64,000 nt of DNA from a bacterium (GTDB taxonomy: Bacteria; Patescibacteriota; Minisyncoccia; 1-14-0-10-42-19). Location: contig JAUYHD010000004.1 in assembly GCA_030690215.1 (NCBI GenBank), forward strand, positions 31,090 to 95,089, written 5' to 3'. Position numbers and translations under genes: made by a program. This document shows, piece after piece, positions 59,456-64,000 of this stretch; within the stretch, counting starts at the first letter, position 1; each line of letters starts with the position of its first letter. The notes beneath the pieces are model-generated. The model was given only the letters and a program-made list of their open reading frames with translations, had not been told where the DNA came from and searched no databases.

Positions 59456-61066
59456 TTATATATACATTAAATCGTCATATTCCTTGAGCATTCGGTCTGC
59501 GGTCCATTTCTGTTCTGCCTCTTTCATCTCCAAAAATGCCTTATTGTTCCACCGAAATTGATCACCAAACGAAGGAAAAATTTCTTCGTCAAAACATTTC
59601 CGTAATTCACCGGCGTCATGCGCGTCTTGATCCGAATCATGCACGCCATTGGAGCCGAATAAAAATGCATGTTCCGGATTTGCTTCAAGCATCCAGCCGT
59701 CTGGCGTTGAACAATTTATCGCGCCAACCATCGCGGCAGACATTCCCGATGTCCCGCATGCTTCATAGGGCGCGCGAGGGGTATTCAGCCACACGTCAGC
59801 TCCCGCTTTTAATATCTTGTTCATCTCCATGGTAAACCCAGGCAACATTACAAGATGAGGCAGGGATTTGCTTTGGGAATAAATATAATTCCACGCATGA
59901 ATCATAGCTTTGTCATCCGGATGAGGCTTGCCTGCATAAATCACCTGGAAACGCCCGGAAACAAGATGATTTTTCAGCCATTCAAAATCATCAAAAAGCA
60001 GTTTTGGCCTTTTGTATTCTGCAAAACGCCTTGCCCACACTACTATCATGCTTTCTTTCTCTAAAGAAACGCCGGACATATCTCTTACATAATCAATAAG
60101 ATATTTCCTATGCGTTCTTTTTTGGTGCATAAGTTCGTGGGGTGTGCGCGCGTTTCTGAACTCTTTGTACTGCCAAAAATCCTGGGATGTGCCGTTCGTA
60201 ATTGAAATCATTGGTCGTTGCCGTCTCTCGTCCACAAACCTGCCTACCAATTCGCGTGCCTTTTTTAAATGTTTTTTTGAAACCGCGTTTGTCTGCCCCG
60301 CAAGATAGACACCCACGCCCGTCATGTTAAACTCCTCGCTGTCCCCGCCTATCTCCTCAAGTATTCCCTTGTCGTACCCGCCCAAATACGCAACCCGATC
60401 TATAGGATAACGAGGATTGCCCGCGTCAACCGGCGTGTGTGTAGTAAAACGAACCTGGCTACGTACCATCTTAAGCGAATTGCGTCTTCCTTCTTTTTCA
60501 TATGCATGCAAAAGCTCAACCGCCGTGAACACACAGTGCGATTCGTTGATATGGAATATAACATCTAAGCCCAAATAATCTATAAGCGCGACGGTTGCTT
60601 TTCCTATAAGAAGCGACTGGCATATTTTTCTGTCCAAATTGGCACCTCTCGCATAACTCCCGCCATATAAATGCAATGTATTTAATCGCGCAAGATCATT
60701 ATTTTCCGGAATATCGGCATCAAAGAAAAATATTTCAGGAAAACCAAATGTTCCGTGAGGAAGCCTATGTACCAATACCTGCACGGGTGATCCGCAGAGC
60801 TCAATTGTCAAATAAATTCCCGTGTTTTCCAGAATGCCCGGATAATATCGCGGAGTATACGAAATTGTCATGCCGGATCCGTCTACTCCCTGATCGTAAT
60901 ATCCTTCGCGGGGCAAAATAGCAAACCCAACCATATCCAATTCTTTTTTATACGCGGCAGTAAGAATAGCCCTGCTAAATTCTCCAAGCCCCCCTGTTCC
61001 GGTATGAAGCTCTGAAGAAATAAAAACTTCCGGTGTTACAAATGCTATCGTTTTCTTTCTTTTCAT
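59456..61066 (-). CDS. Alpha-glucan (glycogen/maltodextrin) phosphorylase-family protein, short archaeal-type. Ser sits at the position expected for the PLP-binding Lys.
   Basis: The N-terminus IAFVTPEVFISSELHTGTGGLGEF, ARRFAEYKRPKLLF, and EACGTSGMSAAMVGAINCSTPDGW. The family motif as recalled is EASGTS(N/G)MK. Confidence 0.7.
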   Translation of the reverse strand: MKRKKTIAFVTPEVFISSELHTGTGGLGEFSRAILTAAYKKELDMVGFAILPREGYYDQGVDGSGMTISYTPRYYPGILENTGIYLTIELCGSPVQVLVHRLPHGTFGFPEIFFFDADIPENNDLARLNTLHLYGGSYARGANLDRKICQSLLIGKATVALIDYLGLDVIFHINESHCVFTAVELLHAYEKEGRRNSLKMVRSQVRFTTHTPVDAGNPRYPIDRVAYLGGYDKGILEEIGGDSEEFNMTGVGVYLAGQTNAVSKKHLKKARELVGRFVDERRQRPMISITNGTSQDFWQYKEFRNARTPHELMHQKRTHRKYLIDYVRDMSGVSLEKESMIVVWARRFAEYKRPKLLFDDFEWLKNHLVSGRFQVIYAGKPHPDDKAMIHAWNYIYSQSKSLPHLVMLPGFTMEMNKILKAGADVWLNTPRAPYEACGTSGMSAAMVGAINCSTPDGWMLEANPEHAFLFGSNGVHDSDQDAHDAGELRKCFDEEIFPSFGDQFRWNNKAFLEMKEAEQKWTADRMLKEYDDLMYI

Positions 61067-61247
61067 TGCATTCCCCCCTTTCTTTTTTTGTCATCTGTGT
61101 AGTTTTCAAACAACTCAAAACATGCAAATTATACTACAAAAACAAATCAAAGTCAATTTTTTACGCGACCTCCGCCCTATACAACTTGCCACAAAACAAT
61201 AAAGGTATACAATTGAATGAAACGCACTTTACCAAAGGAGGGTTTGC

Positions 61248-61712
61248 ATGAACAAAATATTGCTTCGCAAAATATGGTCATTCGGCGCATATTGGGCATC
61301 ACTCATGCTTATTTTTATCCTTGTTTTTTCAGGAATAAAGATAGTTATCCACTTTATGTCTCCGGGGTATCAATTTTCACGCTTTTGGACATTGGATATC
61401 ATCGGCATAGCAATGATTTTTACCTTATCTATCAGCGTCTGGACAGCAAAAAGGATAGCAAACGCGAAAGAAGCTCTCAACAAAATCTGGGACTTCGGCT
61501 TATCATGGGCATCAATAATGTTGATTGTAAGCGTGATTTTTTTTGGGACACACATAGTTCAATCCTGGTTTGACCCCAAGTATTTATTTTCGGAATACTG
61601 GGCAATGGATATTATCGGGGCAACAATGCTTGCCGCAATAATTCTTAGTATGTGGTTTTCGGGGCTGGCAAAATTCTTATTTCGTCCAGCGCAACATACA
61701 AAAAAGCAGTAA
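61248..61712 (+). CDS. Hypothetical membrane protein with an internal duplication
   Basis: RKIWSFGAYWASLMLIFILVFSGIKIV... and NKIWDFGLSWASIMLIVSVIFFGTHIV... are repeated. Confidence 0.5.
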   Translation: MNKILLRKIWSFGAYWASLMLIFILVFSGIKIVIHFMSPGYQFSRFWTLDIIGIAMIFTLSISVWTAKRIANAKEALNKIWDFGLSWASIMLIVSVIFFGTHIVQSWFDPKYLFSEYWAMDIIGATMLAAIILSMWFSGLAKFLFRPAQHTKKQ

Positions 61713-61789
61713 ACCCGCAAAAAGAACTCCAATACGTACTCAAAAAACTCAAGTAAAATCCCCTCCTTCTAGAAGGAGGGGATTATTTT

Positions 61790-62272
61790 TTATTCGTAAT
61801 TCTCTTGCAGTAAAGAAATTTTTCCTGCGCGAAGCTCTTCGCGCAATTTCATCCAGATTTTCCCAAGATAGTTTGAGCCATCTTTATGCGCGCCCCATCC
61901 CCAAAAATCATCGCGATGAGAATCCTCAACTATTATCCTGTCGCCCGTTTCAAGCAACTTCTTTTGAATATAATAATATTGCGACAGCTTTGCGCGAACA
62001 ATCTCTTCCATTACACCCAATTTTATAAGAGACCAATACCCCCTCACCTTGTCTTTATGCACTACTGTTGCAAGCTTGTAGGCGTCATGCGCTGACCGAG
62101 CATTTTTTATTTTATTTCTGATTTCTTCATCTTCAAATTTAGTTGCCTGGTAGGCGTGTTCCGAAGTTTTCCAAATTTCTCCACACCACCTTACTTCAAA
62201 AGACGCGAAATTTGAAAAAATATACCACTCATATTCATAAAACAATGCATGTGTACTATTTTCTTTGCCCAC
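61790..62272 (-). CDS. NADAR (YbiA-like, DUF1768) domain protein
   Basis: FYEYEWYIFSNFASFEVRWCGEIWKTSEHAYQATKF and a C-terminal LGKIWMKLR. Confidence 0.8.
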   Translation of the reverse strand: MGKENSTHALFYEYEWYIFSNFASFEVRWCGEIWKTSEHAYQATKFEDEEIRNKIKNARSAHDAYKLATVVHKDKVRGYWSLIKLGVMEEIVRAKLSQYYYIQKKLLETGDRIIVEDSHRDDFWGWGAHKDGSNYLGKIWMKLREELRAGKISLLQENYE

Positions 62273-62356
62273 TTAGATCTCCTTCGAATTTTTAATCTCA
62301 AACAAAAATAGCACGCTTCGTGCTATTTATCAAAGGAGGTTATTTTGCTCCGGCAC

Positions 62357-62563
62357 TTAAAATCCCCCGGTTGTAACCGCATTCAACGAGGAAAGAAAAG
62401 CCGGAATTGCAAACAATAAACCGATGAGGGGCAACACAAATACCACCACGGTAACAATCATTGTTACCAAAAAATACTTTCTCGTTTTTTCTACGGAAAT
62501 ATAAACCGCGTTTATTTTCTCATCCAGAGCGTTTAATTTTTCTTGCAATGCTGTGTCATCCAT
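62357..62563 (-). CDS. Hypothetical small membrane protein (68 aa)
   Basis: ORF only. A single TM segment. Confidence 0.3.
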   Translation of the reverse strand: MDDTALQEKLNALDEKINAVYISVEKTRKYFLVTMIVTVVVFVLPLIGLLFAIPAFLSSLNAVTTGGF

Positions 62564-62893
62564 GTCCTTTGATTATAAATCTTATTAGCAATGCCGACAA
62601 TAAAATGAAAACCGTATGGCGAACCATACGGCTTATAAGCAAAATGTCATGCTTTACTTTTTTTGTACTGTGCTTCTCCCTTGCTAAACACTTTATCTTG
62701 ACAGTGAGCTTATTACCAGGAACAAACTTATATTTACCACATTTAAGACATTCGACATAAAACCTTTCGTCCCCATCACTCGCATAATCTCCGCCAAACT
62801 CACCGCAACGAACATCTTCTGGTTCAGCTTCTAAGCTTGATTTACAATTAGGGCATTTAAACGCCCACCACTTTTTTTCCTCAAGTATTTTCA
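62556..62893 (-). CDS. Hypothetical zinc-ribbon protein (CPNC...CLKC). The start is reassigned to the ATG that follows an aaggagg RBS.
   Basis: MKILEEKKWWAFKCPNCKSS...YVECLKCGKYKF. The SD is 8 nt upstream. Confidence 0.45.
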
Positions 62894-62973
62894 TGCCATA
62901 ACCTCCTTTTTTCATCTTTAAATCCAAGAACAAAATAGCATATTTTATGATATTTGTAAAGCTAAACAGACAA

Positions 62974-63531
62974 CTATATACTTGTCCATCCCTTCCCTTG
63001 CGCATTTTCCCTTCCAGTTTCAGATAATGGTTTAGCTTTCCCCTTGATTTCATCTGCTTCCTCTGGAGTGAATCCTACAATTTTTACATCTTTAACTACT
63101 TCGGGAGGAAGTATAAACTCAGAACCTTTGGCAGCCCCGCTTTTCGCTATATACTTCTCCAATTCTTCTTCAGGAACATCTATATACGAAAGCGCCCCGC
63201 TATAATGACGCAAAAAGGGCAGTGCGATGCCCTCTAATGAGTTTGTGTATGAAGGATTGTGACCAACTTCGTCTTGTCTGTTGCCACGCCAAAGTCTAAC
63301 GTATCCATCTTGTAAATCAGGAAGGTTTTCTCTAATGGTATCGGCCAGTTCAACCAAAGCACGCATTCTAGGACTATCCTCGTAGGTTTGTCCATCGCTT
63401 AGTATTTTCCCAGACTCATTGATAAAAATTTTGTGTGCTGCTGAGCGTTCATTATAAATTTTTGCCAGTTCTGGGTTATTATCCAGTAGTTCTTGTATCG
63501 GAGATTCCTGTACTTGTTCGAAGTTTTCCAT
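62974..63531 (-). CDS. Hypothetical protein (185 aa)
   Basis: ORF only. It contains YVRLWRGNRQDE and several acidic motifs. No confident family assignment. Confidence 0.45.
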   Translation of the reverse strand: MENFEQVQESPIQELLDNNPELAKIYNERSAAHKIFINESGKILSDGQTYEDSPRMRALVELADTIRENLPDLQDGYVRLWRGNRQDEVGHNPSYTNSLEGIALPFLRHYSGALSYIDVPEEELEKYIAKSGAAKGSEFILPPEVVKDVKIVGFTPEEADEIKGKAKPLSETGRENAQGKGWTSI

Positions 63532-63719
63532 ATTTATTTTTATATCGTTTGGCGGGTCCCGTCAAACGGGACTCGTCAAACTTGGGGTAAAACCCCGTTT
63601 GACGGGGTGCCTGATGGGAATCCTTCTCCTCCGTCGCTCGCAACGTCCCGCTTAAAGCGGGACAGGCTCGCTCCTCCTCCAAAGCTCGGGGTCCTTCGTC
63701 CCGACAAAAAAACAAGTAT

Positions 63720-63992
63720 TTAGCGATGTTTGTATTTTACTTTCTCAAAACAATCTTCGAGTTGGACCTTCAACTCTTCTCTGCCCTTACCTCCCTTTAG
63801 AAACTTTTCCCGACGCTTAGCGTCGATAGAACTTATATAAGTTTCGTAGTATAAAAGTTTAAGCGGCCTTCGATATTTTGTTGCAATAACGTAACCCAAA
63901 TTATGTTTTTTAATCCTCGCTTTTAAATCGGGGGTGGAACCGATATAAAGCTGGCCGTCCTTTTCGCTCAAAAGTATATAGACATAATACAT
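63720..63992 (-). CDS. GIY-YIG nuclease (catalytic domain only)
   Basis: MYYVYILLSEKDGQLYIGSTPDLKARIKKHN. Confidence 0.8.
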   Translation of the reverse strand: MYYVYILLSEKDGQLYIGSTPDLKARIKKHNLGYVIATKYRRPLKLLYYETYISSIDAKRREKFLKGGKGREELKVQLEDCFEKVKYKHR

Positions 63993-64000
63993 ATTTTTTT

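Noticed and set aside
62974-63531. Confident assignment of the 185-aa protein as an ADP-ribosyltransferase toxin
   Set aside because: The spacing between the putative R motif and any S-T-S or E-x-E motif does not match known ARTs. It is kept only as a low-confidence hypothesis.

Overview
This is a 64-kb window from a small bacterial genome that looks like a Candidate Phyla Radiation / Patescibacteria genome. That guess is an inference from several things seen here: many tiny GIY-YIG-only nuclease genes, an rRNA operon full of homing-endonuclease-bearing insertions, weak or absent ribosome-binding sites, giant repeat-rich surface proteins, and a type IV pilus ATPase. Most genes are on the minus strand.

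Read from high to low coordinate on the minus strand, the order is roughly as follows.
- rplJ and rplL come first, flanked on both sides by CTAG-rich repeat clusters.
- Next are a winged-helix protein, tRNA-Val, and a 23S rRNA gene of about 5.1 kb carrying at least three intron-like insertions. One insertion holds a LAGLIDADG homing endonuclease gene and another a GIY-YIG gene.
- Then a canonical short 5S rRNA followed by a degenerate 5S-like copy, then an FtsW/RodA-type gene, rpoB and a partial rpoC. No 16S gene is in the window.

The classical rplJL-rpoBC cluster has therefore been split by an rRNA and cell-division insertion.

The rest of the window holds:
- routine genes: a family-2 glycosyltransferase, a Nudix hydrolase, rsmE, nth, an ABC exporter pair, an FKBP isomerase, an S8 protease, a VanY-like M15 peptidase, an MGMT-like methyltransferase, and tRNA-Asn next to an AsnA-like AsnRS paralogue;
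- two very large secreted surface proteins on either side of a PilB-like ATPase;
- an island of enzymes unusual for such a genome: two membrane fatty-acid desaturases of different families, an acyl-CoA dehydrogenase, an ICMT-type methyltransferase, a MarC protein, two SET-domain proteins, a PurD-like ATP-grasp ligase, and a possible PEP-utilising-enzyme-like protein;
- an alpha-glucan phosphorylase whose PLP-binding lysine appears to be replaced by serine.

At the DNA level the window is rich in dispersed repeats.
- A palindromic family built around 'ccatacggggcataccccgt' occurs in more than ten copies, including a 150-bp tandem array.
- There are two further repeat families with conserved hairpins, and a recurring 'ACATTCTAACATTCT' inverted repeat.
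- A 108-bp perfect direct repeat brackets a 1.3-kb two-gene insert at the 3' end of the peptidase gene.
- There is a 958-bp stretch with no ORFs.

No CRISPR array, no reverse transcriptase and no integrase gene were seen. All functional calls rest on motif recognition by eye; no database search was possible.
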